64,000 nucleotides of DNA from Nitrosopumilus sp. (GCA_965219345.1 OZ244732.1:352001-416000); one strand, 5' to 3'; counted from the stretch's first letter, positions 41,911 to 52,216 are shown. Numbers and translations are program-made. Notes: generated by a model not told the origin, from the sequence alone.

Positions 41911-42810
41911 TTGTCGCTAACAAGTTTATTATCCATTTTAGAAATAAAACAAAAATTCAATGAAACATTTCCTAAACCAAATGCAAAACTTTATGGTGAA
42001 ATTTTAGCTATACCTCAAACAAAAAATTATTCTTTGATAGGTACTGCATTTGATTATTTGGCTAGATTTTACATTAAATCTCAAAACCCTAATGCAGTAA
42101 CTAATAAATGGGTTGCAGAAACTGGACTAGAACGCCTAAAACTATACAGTGGTAAATATGTACATGAATTTGATTCAGATACAAATTCAATAAAACTAGA
42201 ACTAAATGATGAATACAAAATAGATGTTAATAGTTCTATGCACAAAGATTTAGAGTACTCTGAAAAAAACTTTGAGGAGGCTAAACTAAATTGTAAATCA
42301 TATCTTAAATCAGGCAAAATAACAAAATCACTAATCAAATCTAGTATACATTTAGCTCAATTGGATTTTGTGTATCGTTCTGGTCGTATCGTATTTTCAG
42401 ATGTTAATAATCAAGATATATTGGATTTAGAGAATCTTATCAAAGTATTCAAAGACAAAAAACTATTTTCAAGAAATTCTACAATTTACTTGAATCCAAC
42501 TTTTGGTGAGGCATCAAAGATTGTTGGAGGTGCAGACGCAGATTTAATCATAAATGATACACTAATTGATATAAAGACCACAAAATTTCTTAAATTTGAT
42601 CAAAAAATGTACAATCAAATTATTGGTTATTATCTTTTATCTAAAATTGGAAAAATAAATGATACAGCTGAAATAAAGATTAACAATATTGGAATTTATT
42701 TCTCTAGACATGGATTGTTATACACATTACCTGTTAGTGTGATAGAGCATCAAACCAATATCAAAAAGTTTCTTATCTGGTTTATGGAAATATCTCTAAA
42801 ATACAAATAA
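41911..42810 (+). CDS. PD-(D/E)xK nuclease-like protein
   Basis: GTAFDY, GADADLIINDTLIDIKTT, QIIGY. Confidence 0.7.
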   Translation: MSLTSLLSILEIKQKFNETFPKPNAKLYGEILAIPQTKNYSLIGTAFDYLARFYIKSQNPNAVTNKWVAETGLERLKLYSGKYVHEFDSDTNSIKLELNDEYKIDVNSSMHKDLEYSEKNFEEAKLNCKSYLKSGKITKSLIKSSIHLAQLDFVYRSGRIVFSDVNNQDILDLENLIKVFKDKKLFSRNSTIYLNPTFGEASKIVGGADADLIINDTLIDIKTTKFLKFDQKMYNQIIGYYLLSKIGKINDTAEIKINNIGIYFSRHGLLYTLPVSVIEHQTNIKKFLIWFMEISLKYK

Positions 42811-42904
42811 AACTAATTTAAAATATAATTGGTATTTTACCATGTTAGTTTTCTATGCTTTTCATTATTGCAGTTACTTAGAATATGATTCCAATATACT
42901 AAAA

Positions 42905-43096
42905 TTACCAGAGCTTATCTGGTCTGTCTGGCAGTTGCTGAGTAACACAATTAATTATCTCAAACCAGAAAATATGGCCATCATCGTCCTTTATTGCCTT
43001 GACCACACTGTTATTATTAAAAAATGTCAGACGCACTAGTGATTTCAGTTCGTCTTGTATTTGATTTCTGATTAGCGATTCAGTAAACTTTATCAT
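42905..43096 (-). CDS. Small hypothetical protein
   Basis: 63-aa ORF. Confidence 0.4.
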   Translation of the reverse strand: MIKFTESLIRNQIQDELKSLVRLTFFNNNSVVKAIKDDDGHIFWFEIINCVTQQLPDRPDKLW

Positions 43097-43254
43097 TTTA
43101 TCTACATGATGTATAGTGTATTCATGAATTTATGTTATTTGTGTTTTTAGACAACACATAGCCATGTGTATTTTTGTAAAGAAAATTATTTAATCAAACA
43201 ATTACCAAAAATAAACAAAGTCTTTTTTACTATTCGTCATAATTTAATTACTAA

Positions 43255-44055
43255 TTGGCAAAAAGATACACTCCAAAAATATCCTATGTACTGCGAAATA
43301 TTCCTATAAAATACATCAAAGTCTGGAATAAAGCGCAAGCAAGAAAACTAGACAGAGATGGAATAACAGAACTGGCAAAATCAATCAAACATGACGGATT
43401 ACTAAATCCACCTCTAGTACAAAAGATTGTAAAAAACCAATATTATCTAATGTCAGGCCAGCGAAGACTGGCTGCAATGAAGAGACTACACGCAAAGACC
43501 ATTCCCGTTCATTGTATCACAAAGAAATCTCAAATGTCACTAGAGGAGGCCAAGGCCTCATCAGTTGTAGAGAATATCCACAGAAATGACATGAATCATA
43601 CAGATGTGGTAATTGCAGCTACAATACTAACTGAGAAGATGGGAAAAGTAGATGCTGCACGACATTTAGGCATTACACTTGCAACATTATACAAGTATCT
43701 TGGGTACATGGCAGTACCTGACTCTCTAAAGGAATTGGTTCCACAAATAATATCAAGAGATGATATTACAAAACTATACCTTGCCATGCCAAATATTTGT
43801 CGTGCCAAAAGTATATCCATAAAGATTCAACATTTGGATTCTCAGCTAAAAAAGCACTACATCTCTTTACTGGTACGATACCCCAAAATGTCTCACCCTA
43901 AACTGCTCAAGCTTGCCAAATCATCTATGATTCGTCAAAATGTATCTGTAAAACTATCAAAAGGTATGGCCAAAAAGTTAAAGCGATATGCAAAAATAAA
44001 TGATGTATCCATTAATGATATGGCAAAACAGATTTTGGAAAAATATTTGAAATAA
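43255..44055 (+). CDS. ParB/RepB/Spo0J family protein with RHH-like C-terminus
   Basis: LAKSIKHDGLLNPP, SGQRRL, ENIHR, HTH; VSVKLSKGMAKKLKRYA tail. Confidence 0.88.
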   Translation: MAKRYTPKISYVLRNIPIKYIKVWNKAQARKLDRDGITELAKSIKHDGLLNPPLVQKIVKNQYYLMSGQRRLAAMKRLHAKTIPVHCITKKSQMSLEEAKASSVVENIHRNDMNHTDVVIAATILTEKMGKVDAARHLGITLATLYKYLGYMAVPDSLKELVPQIISRDDITKLYLAMPNICRAKSISIKIQHLDSQLKKHYISLLVRYPKMSHPKLLKLAKSSMIRQNVSVKLSKGMAKKLKRYAKINDVSINDMAKQILEKYLK

Positions 44056-44519
44056 GAATTGTATATTATTTTAAAGTGGAATTTTGTGATATGATTACAA
44101 AAAAACTAAAAGAGTAGAAGCAATTTATGAAAGAGAAAAATTTTACACTGTTTAATCTTTGAGTGTTTCTGATGATTTTCAAAGTATATTCATTTAAGGT
44201 GATCCCAGATAAAATGCCATTAACCATTATACTTGAGACAATGTTTACCAAGTTTCAAAATATGGTAGTTCTCTTAAGGAGAACTATCTGAATGGCTCAA
44301 TGCTCTAAGACCTCTTGGTGCTTATTATTGCCTCTCAAAAACCAATCACAACTATGGAATTATTGCAGAAGTTGGAGACTGGCATACGATTGATAAACTC
44401 AAAAAAAAGTTATGTGTAAATTCCTCCTAAGAAAATTTTAGAAATCATAGAATAAATTTTCATGGTATACATGCCAAGAGACACCAAGAAAAAATTTACC
44501 AGATATGAATAATATTTTT

Positions 44520-45047
44520 TTAATAACTCAAAAATCTATTTACGTATCGTTTTAACGTTCTATACCAATGAAGCTTTTCATGATATTTTGTGTCTGCAAA
44601 ACTCTGACCACTAGTGGAGGGAAGTAAATACACATTGGATTTGTTTATTTCTAAATTTTGTTTACCATATTGAAGTTCTATAGTATTATCGCCTACATAA
44701 TATCTAAAACCTGCTTTCCCAACAAAAGCAACCACTTTTGGTGAGTTTTCTCCAACAATACCATCAAGTCTTTTTCTTGAACCTCTTCCATCATCTTTTC
44801 TTAATTCTGATGTAGATCTTGTGGGACGTTTTACTACGTCAGTTAATCCGTAACCGTAATTTGTAATTTTGAAATCAAATTCGGTTCTCAATCTTTCGTT
44901 AGTTAATTTTGATTCATACAAAAGTCTCCAAAACATATTACTTGTTCCTGCAAAATAGTGACCTATTCTTGCAGATTTAATACCTGGATTTGTTCCAACA
45001 AATAGGACATCCATGTTTGGAAAAATATGATCTGGTAACGTTCTCAC
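44520..45047 (-). CDS. mug: Mismatch-specific uracil/thymine DNA glycosylase (MUG/TDG family)
   Basis: FVGTNPG..GHYFAG.SNMFW, GLTDVVKRPT, LPSTSG. Confidence 0.88.
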   Translation of the reverse strand: MRTLPDHIFPNMDVLFVGTNPGIKSARIGHYFAGTSNMFWRLLYESKLTNERLRTEFDFKITNYGYGLTDVVKRPTRSTSELRKDDGRGSRKRLDGIVGENSPKVVAFVGKAGFRYYVGDNTIELQYGKQNLEINKSNVYLLPSTSGQSFADTKYHEKLHWYRTLKRYVNRFLSY

Positions 45048-45159
45048 AATAATTTATTTGATTCTTCTACAAAATATACGTACTGCAAGTTTAATTTTGT
45101 ATCTAATCTTGTTGGGAGTTATTAACAAAATTTTGTAAATTTTTATTTCATGAATTCTT

Positions 45160-45597
45160 ATGAAAAATGTGAAAGTTTACTTATCAACTCCCTTGATATA
45201 CAATAGAGATATTGAATATGCTAAAAAACTTGTTGGGATGTTAAAAGAAATAGATCTAGATATTGTTTCCAAATGGGTCATATGGCAAGATCCTAACCCT
45301 AATTTAGATTCTAAAGAAATCTATCGAAGAGATATTGGTGCCATCTCAACATGTGACATTATAATCGCAGATGTATCTAATCTTAGTATTGGTGTAGGTA
45401 TTGAGATTATGTATGCGCATACTTTAGGGAAAATAATATTTTGTATCCATTCTGGAAGAAAACTATCCAAAATGGTATTGGGAATGCCAGGAATTTCCAT
45501 CATTAATTACGCATCATTTGATGATCTAAAAGTAAAAATTTTGTCAAAAATCGATCAGATAATGAATCTTAGTCCAACCGAATCTTTAATTAAGTGA
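45160..45597 (+). CDS. Nucleoside 2-deoxyribosyltransferase / DNPH1(Rcl)-like N-glycosidase
   Basis: VYLS, IYRRDI..I..CD, SIGVGIEIMYA, LSKMVLG. Confidence 0.8.
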   Translation: MKNVKVYLSTPLIYNRDIEYAKKLVGMLKEIDLDIVSKWVIWQDPNPNLDSKEIYRRDIGAISTCDIIIADVSNLSIGVGIEIMYAHTLGKIIFCIHSGRKLSKMVLGMPGISIINYASFDDLKVKILSKIDQIMNLSPTESLIK

Positions 45598-46097
45598 ATT
45601 TGGTTATGGCAGAAATAATGGCTGAAAATATGGAAAAACTAGCAGTACTTTTCTCTGGAATTGATAAACAAATCTCAATGACTGAATTTGATGACAAGCT
45701 TAAAGTTCAAAAAATTGCTTACTTAGCACAAGAATCTGGTATTGATTTGGGTTATGAATTTGATTGGTATCTTAGAGGTCCATATTGTAAACAAGTTTCG
45801 CAAGATGCCCATAACGTTATTGATCAGCAAGTTGAATCTACATCCGAACAAACAGGATTAAACAAAGAAAAAATTGCTAATTTTGCAAAAAAAATAGAAC
45901 CATATAAACACGATACTGAGTGGTTAGAAATTGCTGCATCATTATATTATCTACGAAAAGAACATTATCATGATAGAGAATTTGGTGAAATTGTAGGATA
46001 TCTATTTCAAGACCTTTCTTATGGATATAAAAATTTTAGTGAATCTTTAGTTCGCAAAGTACTAATTGACTTGGTAAAACTAAATCTAATCCAGTAG
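45594..46097 (+). CDS. YwgA/DUF4065-like protein
   Basis: KVQKIAYLAQ..LGYEFDWYLRGPY, LEIAAS. Confidence 0.65.
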   Translation: MNLVMAEIMAENMEKLAVLFSGIDKQISMTEFDDKLKVQKIAYLAQESGIDLGYEFDWYLRGPYCKQVSQDAHNVIDQQVESTSEQTGLNKEKIANFAKKIEPYKHDTEWLEIAASLYYLRKEHYHDREFGEIVGYLFQDLSYGYKNFSESLVRKVLIDLVKLNLIQ

Positions 46098-46251
46098 TCA
46101 TAATTTCATGATTATTTAGATAATTTGGTGATGATATTTGTGGGACAGACAATGGAGAGATGTGTTATCGGGCATAATCATCCATGGTGAAAAGGTAGCA
46201 AGAAAAGATGTTAAACGTAATATCAAAGAATTAGTCTCCTACAAATTTGAA

Positions 46252-46578
46252 TTACAAAATCCTCGCGATAGACACAAAAACATTCGTAGCATTCATGTTT
46301 ACTAAAATTTCGCGTAGTTGGTTTTCAGTACCATTGATCGTATTAATTAAAACATGTTGTGTTGGAATGAGTTGTTGTTTTGCCGATTGTCCGGCTTTAT
46401 CCGTTATCGTGTTGTATTCTGCTTGCATCTGCTGGATTTTTTCATAAAAACCGGTGTCAAACTTGTACAGATTATTTTCTATTGTTGCATGAGATTCATG
46501 TGTTGAGAAGAGAATTAGCGGAATTACAAAAAGGGTACAGATAATTAAAAAACTACATTCAGTATTTGTTATTTTCAA
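46252..46578 (-). CDS. Secreted protein, probably truncated
   Basis: Signal peptide followed by an abrupt end at 108 aa. Confidence 0.5.
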   Translation of the reverse strand: MKITNTECSFLIICTLFVIPLILFSTHESHATIENNLYKFDTGFYEKIQQMQAEYNTITDKAGQSAKQQLIPTQHVLINTINGTENQLREILVNMNATNVFVSIARIL

Positions 46579-46780
46579 TTAAATATTTTTTTAAATAGTG
46601 TTTTATTAAATGATCATGACAGAATAATTCTGTTTCCTAATTATCGCTAGTCATACCTAAGTGGTTCTAAAGACGGATTAGATCGGGCAGGACAGAAAGA
46701 TGAACACAAACATTTTCAACAAAAAAACCATCATAGGCCTGAGTGTTTACACTAAACGCATGTTAGATCACTGGAATTAT

Positions 46781-47863
46781 TCAAGAGGCTAGAAAACCGC
46801 GCTTTTTCAACTCTTGGATGTGGGATTCTTTAACGCAGACAGGAATCAAGTCATTTTTTAGCATCAAAACCCTATCGCTTCTGCACTGCACCATGTCTGA
46901 AGACACACCATTTATCGTTTGCTGCAGTGGAGAAAGAATCTGCTGCACATGATCTGCAAAGTCGCATGTCACAGGAGGATGTGATTCTGGCTCGGCATAG
47001 CCAGTAGTTCCCGTTATTATCCCCATATATTTTGCATTGGGGGGAATATCTGCTTTAAAAACTTGGCAATGTTTGCTTTGACTTTCAACCATGAGAGTGT
47101 CTCGTTTGACATGTGGTGAAAAAACACTTATAAAAAAATAGTCATCACCATACCAGTCATTGATTTTTGGAAGATAGAAATATGGAACGTCTATGCTTAT
47201 CGTCGAGTTTGTATTTACATGATCAAAATGGACATAAAGAACGCTGTACCCATAACAGATTTTTTTCACGCTTGCGTTGACTGCCTCATGGTCTAATTTA
47301 ATGCCCTGCATACAATCAAACGGAGGATCATATGGTAGAGGATTAAGATTAGAACTGCCGGGTTTAATTTTTTTCCCAGTGCAGGCCAGTGGTTCTGAAC
47401 GGTCAATAGTCTCAAATATGTGAAAATATCCAAAATATGAAATTTTAGGGACAGGCTTGTTCCAACTGAATTTTATTGTCCTTGAATCTGCCGTCTGAGA
47501 GATCTGCACAGATGTTATATTTTGAGAATAGGGCGACTCGTCGGTAAAGCTATGAGTGTTACATGAAGGGTAATCAAATTGTCTGAGATCTAGCTTGTTC
47601 TTTGGAATTGTAATGGTAAGGCTTCCGGGTTCATCGACCTGAAGATCAATATCATACCACATGTGATATGCGTCTCCGCAAAGTCTTTCAAACTTGCCGG
47701 TTGTGATCGAGTGATCTATGGGCTCAATTTCTACATAGTTTACCAAGTCCAAATACCCATCGCATTCGGATTCTGAGGATGCAATTGGCACCATGCTAAA
47801 CAAAATGATTGCCAGCAATGCGAGAATCTCTTTCAAACACTCTCCGTTTTTTGATCCATGCAT
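46781..47863 (-). CDS. Secreted protein with repeated domain and C-terminal Cys-pair module
   Basis: Signal peptide (true start probably slightly downstream); SPLQQ..C..PVCVKE..RGF. Confidence 0.75.
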   Translation of the reverse strand: MHGSKNGECLKEILALLAIILFSMVPIASSESECDGYLDLVNYVEIEPIDHSITTGKFERLCGDAYHMWYDIDLQVDEPGSLTITIPKNKLDLRQFDYPSCNTHSFTDESPYSQNITSVQISQTADSRTIKFSWNKPVPKISYFGYFHIFETIDRSEPLACTGKKIKPGSSNLNPLPYDPPFDCMQGIKLDHEAVNASVKKICYGYSVLYVHFDHVNTNSTISIDVPYFYLPKINDWYGDDYFFISVFSPHVKRDTLMVESQSKHCQVFKADIPPNAKYMGIITGTTGYAEPESHPPVTCDFADHVQQILSPLQQTINGVSSDMVQCRSDRVLMLKNDLIPVCVKESHIQELKKRGFLAS

Positions 47864-48015
47864 TGTATTTCAATGTGCGTGAGATCATAATAGTAGTCTG
47901 GCACTCCTTGCTTGTATTGCGCCATGGGCGTTAAGACGGTATCTGCAAATGCGGGAACGGTGATCAATAATCCAACTGACATGACTGTCAGTCCCAGCAA
48001 TACGGTATTTATCAT
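47833..48015 (-). pseudogene. Truncated secreted-protein gene
   Basis: Signal peptide followed by TPMAQYKQGV (start of the Cys-pair module), then ends. Confidence 0.5.
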
Positions 48016-48061
48016 TGGATTTTTTCAGGTGCTTGTGATAATTAAGCGCATGAGGCGTATA

Positions 48062-48143
48062 CTAGTTTGTTGCATAACTTGGATTCTAGGCACGAAATTT
48101 ACCCAACTTTTGACTGGATTAGGCATGTTATGCAACAAACTAG
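48062..48143. mobile_element. MITE with 17-bp terminal inverted repeats
   Basis: CTAGTTTGTTGCATAAC (48062-48078) / GTTATGCAACAAACTAG (48127-48143). Confidence 0.7.
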
Positions 48144-48630
48144 CACATACCTCACACTATCTTTGAGACCTTATCCATCATGGATTTCCTGCATTCTCCA
48201 TGTAAGCATGCACGTCATAAATCCAAACCATCTCTCCATCCATATCTTTCCTCCCTTGATCCGCTGCTTATCTTTCGTGATACCACGACATGCCGCGGGT
48301 CCCTCAGAGGTGTTGCTTGTAGGCTCGCAGGTTCATGGAGTTTTACGACAAGCGCAAAACAGCGTGTTCCAAAACGGCATGCCTAACCTCGCACTTGCAG
48401 TATAGAAGGCGATCCACTTTGAGGATCGTCTGGTCATTTAATGTACTCAAAGTGAGAACAATCCACGTAAACACGTGTGATTTGCAATTACTGCAAATGC
48501 GGATTTGTAGCCGGTCTGTCCTATCACCAGAATAATATTGATGTATCATAATAGCCTGCAATCACAGCATCAGCTTCTATTACAACAAAACTAACGAGAG
48601 CAACAATAACAAACAATGAAAGAATTATTT

Positions 48631-49758
48631 TCATCGATTAGAATACCTTTCAAATAATTCTGTAACAATGTTTTCATGTTCTTGCATGGTTAATGCATTT
48701 CCACCAGAAGCAATAAGAATATTTGGAGAATGATATGACACGCCATGTTTTGCAGGATCATTTCTTGCAGCATTTACATATTTCACATGCCCATTCCATT
48801 TATTTTCATAAATAATATCTGTTGTAGTACCGTCTCTTGTTATTACATTAATTTCACTTGATGTTTTCATGTAAATTGTTGATTCATTATCTGCAATTAT
48901 AACAGTGATTACATACATGTTGATATCAGTAAACTCTTTGTCGGTAATTTCTTCTGAAAATTCAAGAACTTTTGGAATGTATGTAAGTTTTATCTCTCCT
49001 TTGCCTTCAGAACCAGAATGATATTGATCCTCTGGTTGTGTAATGTCTACCCATTTCAAATAGTATCCTGGTGCAATCCATGTTGGAAGCCATTCTCTAT
49101 AATCAATGGTTGCACCATTATCATCATCACCCGACTCTGAAAAGCTATATGTTGACAGAGGTTGTGGAATGATATGATCAAGAGTCTGTCTGCCCACAAG
49201 ATCATCTTCATTCATTGAATAGTGATTTGGTGCAAAGAAAACACTCATTGGTGCAGGAGCAGGTTGTCTGAGATGAAGGTTCTGATCAAACCCATACAAT
49301 TCCCCCTCAAATGATTCATCACTGACTAGTCCAAACTGTAAAGAATTTAGATAATTATCACGTTCTTGCTGTGAATTTGTTTTAATTGCATTTTGAATGT
49401 TTGGTTCAGAGATGGTACTATTATGATTCTTCAAGATATGTAATTCCACATCATCATCTACAACAATCATTGATTTATCATCATTTGTTGTGATTTGCTG
49501 TGAGGATGCTGATTCTTTTTGTGCAAATTCTGTTGCAATTATGCTCCAACCTGTTTTCTGTGCGGTTGTTTCTTTTACACATGCAGGAGAATCATTGGTG
49601 CGAAGCACAAGTACCCTATTCTCTCTACAAATAACATCTTCATGCAAAACTCCTGATTCTAGCTGTTTTTTTGGGGAGATATATTCAGAGTACGATGGAA
49701 TAATTAATGGAGCAATACCAATTAATAATAACACAAGTATGAATACAATCTTTCTCAT
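48631..49758 (-). CDS. Secreted protein with N-terminal Cys-pair module
   Basis: Signal peptide; SPKKQLESGV..C..SPACVKETTA..GW. Confidence 0.8.
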   Translation of the reverse strand: MRKIVFILVLLLIGIAPLIIPSYSEYISPKKQLESGVLHEDVICRENRVLVLRTNDSPACVKETTAQKTGWSIIATEFAQKESASSQQITTNDDKSMIVVDDDVELHILKNHNSTISEPNIQNAIKTNSQQERDNYLNSLQFGLVSDESFEGELYGFDQNLHLRQPAPAPMSVFFAPNHYSMNEDDLVGRQTLDHIIPQPLSTYSFSESGDDDNGATIDYREWLPTWIAPGYYLKWVDITQPEDQYHSGSEGKGEIKLTYIPKVLEFSEEITDKEFTDINMYVITVIIADNESTIYMKTSSEINVITRDGTTTDIIYENKWNGHVKYVNAARNDPAKHGVSYHSPNILIASGGNALTMQEHENIVTELFERYSNR

Positions 49759-49849
49759 ATGCGATCAGAGATTTTCATATACTAAAAATATGGCGATCAA
49801 TGGTTCTGTGTAATCTTCGGGACTTGAGAAATATGGATCTTCTAAGGAT

Positions 49850-50476
49850 TCATTCAGTAGCCTTGTTTAGTGAGGCATTTTGTATGATCATCTTCCATTT
49901 GTTCTTACCGTCCACTTCAATTAGTGAGGCTTGAGCTGGTGTCTTGCCTTTCAAAGCTCCATGTTTTTTTGTGAAATTGTAATACACTTTCATGCCTTCA
50001 ATTACTGGCGTGTCTATTCTTTTGAGACCCCTAAAGGCTTTCTCTCGGTCTCTGATCTCTCCGTTTAAACGCTCCATCTTGTTGTTGTTCACATCTTTTT
50101 GGATGTGAATATGTCTGATGTGATTTGTCTTTTTTCCAAATATTTTCTTTGATGATTTCATGTATGCTGGTAGACCGTCAGTAACAAAATTTCTAGGTGA
50201 TTTTCCAGCCTGTCTTTTTGTGAATTCTAAGAGGCTGTCTGCATTGTGATGAAACTTGTTATCTGCAACATCAGAAGCTAGCCAAAATCTAGAATCATCA
50301 TCCATACCAGCAAACAGATAACATTGTTTGCCATTTACTTTAATCCATACCTCATCTGCCCTGAACATTAGACCTTTAGTTCTTGGAACTATGCCATTGA
50401 GATAGATCGAGGTCATTTCAGAGCACTTTGATACCCAGTTGTATATGGTTTTAAAAGATACATCAATTCCCATCAT
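49850..50476 (-). pseudogene. IS6-family DDE transposase, N-terminally truncated
   Basis: TIYNWV, ADEVWIKV, VTDGLPAY, NNNKMERLNG. Confidence 0.85.
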
Positions 50477-50482
50477 CTCATA

Positions 50483-50725
50483 ATGGTTGACAGATTTACG
50501 GAAAGATACAATGCTCTCTTTTCTCCTCTACATCCAGTTATACAAGGCAACATAAACAATATGATTGCTCATTTTAGACAAATCAATTTAGAAGTACAAG
50601 AATTAGGCGGTGGTTTTCTAACAGACAATGTAATGCAAATAGCTGTAGACGATAACATTGTGTTTCAAGCTGTTTTAGGAACTAAAAATATTACATTTGA
50701 TCTTTATGATGTAAGACAAATCTAA
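50483..50725 (+). CDS. Passenger ORF inside the IS6 element
   Basis: 80-aa ORF with protein-like composition. Confidence 0.45.
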   Translation: MVDRFTERYNALFSPLHPVIQGNINNMIAHFRQINLEVQELGGGFLTDNVMQIAVDDNIVFQAVLGTKNITFDLYDVRQI

Positions 50726-50805
50726 AAATTGATCAAAAAAATCATTTTTCCATATTTCTCAAGTCCCGAAGATTACACAGAACCACCCTCCGATATAGTT
50801 ATTTA

Positions 50806-50819
50806 CCCCCCCCCCCCCC
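50806..50819 (+). repeat. Poly-C tract (C14) upstream of the cargo gene
   Basis: Direct read. Confidence 0.85.
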
Positions 50820-50830
50820 GTATACAGTCA

Positions 50831-52216
50831 GTGACACTAAAGAAGAGGGACGGCATTGTTGCGGCGATCCTGATGGCTGCAGCGATAACAGTGGTAGCAG
50901 CAGTAGCAGCAGTAGCAGCAGTAGCAGCAGTAGCAGTGACTGCAGGCCATGCGTATGGCCAGTCAGTCAATGATGCTGACGTGGAGATTCTTCCAACACT
51001 GAGATACGATGTCGGATATGGTACGATTGCCCATGATCTGTCCCTGGTAACAGAACGAGTTAACTTTATTCCTATACTTCATAATGCTATTGGTTACAAT
51101 GTCACTGGAAATCCCTGGATTGCCGTATTTCCCGACCCCCTGACCACTGAAGAGGGCGGCAGCCTTGTGGCATCCGGAGATCCCATAAAACCGTACGATT
51201 ACAGTGATGGCAATAGTCCCGAACTTGCCATAACCTGTAATACGGATAATTTTGGCCACGACCCCACAATGCTTGCCGAATTTGACTACATCCCCGGTGC
51301 CACATATACGGGCATCGATACGTTTGACATTGTCATAAAAGAGTTCACCTATACCGGTAATGCCGGGAATGCGACCTGTACTACTACTGGGGCAACCAAG
51401 ACCATACCCGTGGAGATTACGGTAGGTGAAAAGCCATCCGTAACGTTCAGGGATGACTTTACAAAGTTCTCCAACAGTTCCGGCGTAGTCGTGCTTGACC
51501 GTGATGATGACCTGATTGGTTTGCAACCTCCCGGTGATGGCTTCTTCGTCTTCCCGGTTCCATTTCCCTCCTTTGATCCCCCTGTAAGTAATGCAATAGT
51601 TGGACTTGACCTTCCTGAGACGACAGATGACGGATCAGCCATAACCCTCGACGAGGATACTGGAGACCATATCATCAGAGGCGTGTTTACTAATGACACC
51701 TTTGCATACAATGCGACTGCCAGTCTGCCTTACGGTACCGTTGCTGCAAACGGCACTATCGTAGGGTCCCTAAACGAGATTGCATCAAAAACAATTGACG
51801 TCACGCTGGATGCCTCTGGCGCTACTGATGTTCCTATATGCTCAGTCAGGGTATCCGCTGATCTAGACTTTGGCAGTCTGGCATATGGCGATATTTCGGA
51901 TAAAAAGAGAATTGCAACCAAGAATACTGGCACTACTTATGCTACTATGTTAATATCTGGCACTGACTGGCTGGACAGTCATGGTACCCCAATCATGGAT
52001 GTGGGGCAGACAAGGTACACTGATGACCCGGACATTGCATACGCGAATATACTATCAATATCTGAAACAGACAGAGGGTTTACCGCTTTTATCGGTCCTG
52101 ACAGGGAAAATGTCAACTGGCTGCAAGTTCAAATTGGTGGCGACATCAGTCCAGACTTTACAGGTCAGATTACACAGACTGTGACTATATCTGTGTTCTG
52201 TTTTGAGACTGCATAA
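50831..52216 (+). CDS. Secreted beta-rich surface protein, GC-richer than the host
   Basis: Likely GTG start at 50831; signal peptide with GTAGCAGCA repeats; acidic Thr/Gly-rich body. Confidence 0.75.
   Translation: MTLKKRDGIVAAILMAAAITVVAAVAAVAAVAAVAVTAGHAYGQSVNDADVEILPTLRYDVGYGTIAHDLSLVTERVNFIPILHNAIGYNVTGNPWIAVFPDPLTTEEGGSLVASGDPIKPYDYSDGNSPELAITCNTDNFGHDPTMLAEFDYIPGATYTGIDTFDIVIKEFTYTGNAGNATCTTTGATKTIPVEITVGEKPSVTFRDDFTKFSNSSGVVVLDRDDDLIGLQPPGDGFFVFPVPFPSFDPPVSNAIVGLDLPETTDDGSAITLDEDTGDHIIRGVFTNDTFAYNATASLPYGTVAANGTIVGSLNEIASKTIDVTLDASGATDVPICSVRVSADLDFGSLAYGDISDKKRIATKNTGTTYATMLISGTDWLDSHGTPIMDVGQTRYTDDPDIAYANILSISETDRGFTAFIGPDRENVNWLQVQIGGDISPDFTGQITQTVTISVFCFETA

Larger units (their letters stand above)
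49802..50784 (-). mobile_element. Internally deleted IS6-family element
   Basis: Perfect 36-bp inverted repeats at 49802-49837 and 50749-50784. Confidence 0.88.

Noticed and set aside
41911-42810. Cas4 or casposon component
   Set aside because: No four-Cys Fe-S pattern; no Cas1, PolB or CRISPR repeats nearby
48150-48600. Several overlapping short ORFs in a GC-richer patch
   Set aside because: No consistent frame or recognisable motif
50729-50830. N-terminal extension of the 495-aa ORF
   Set aside because: It runs through the IS6 inverted repeat and the poly-C tract; GTG at 50831 gives a proper signal peptide
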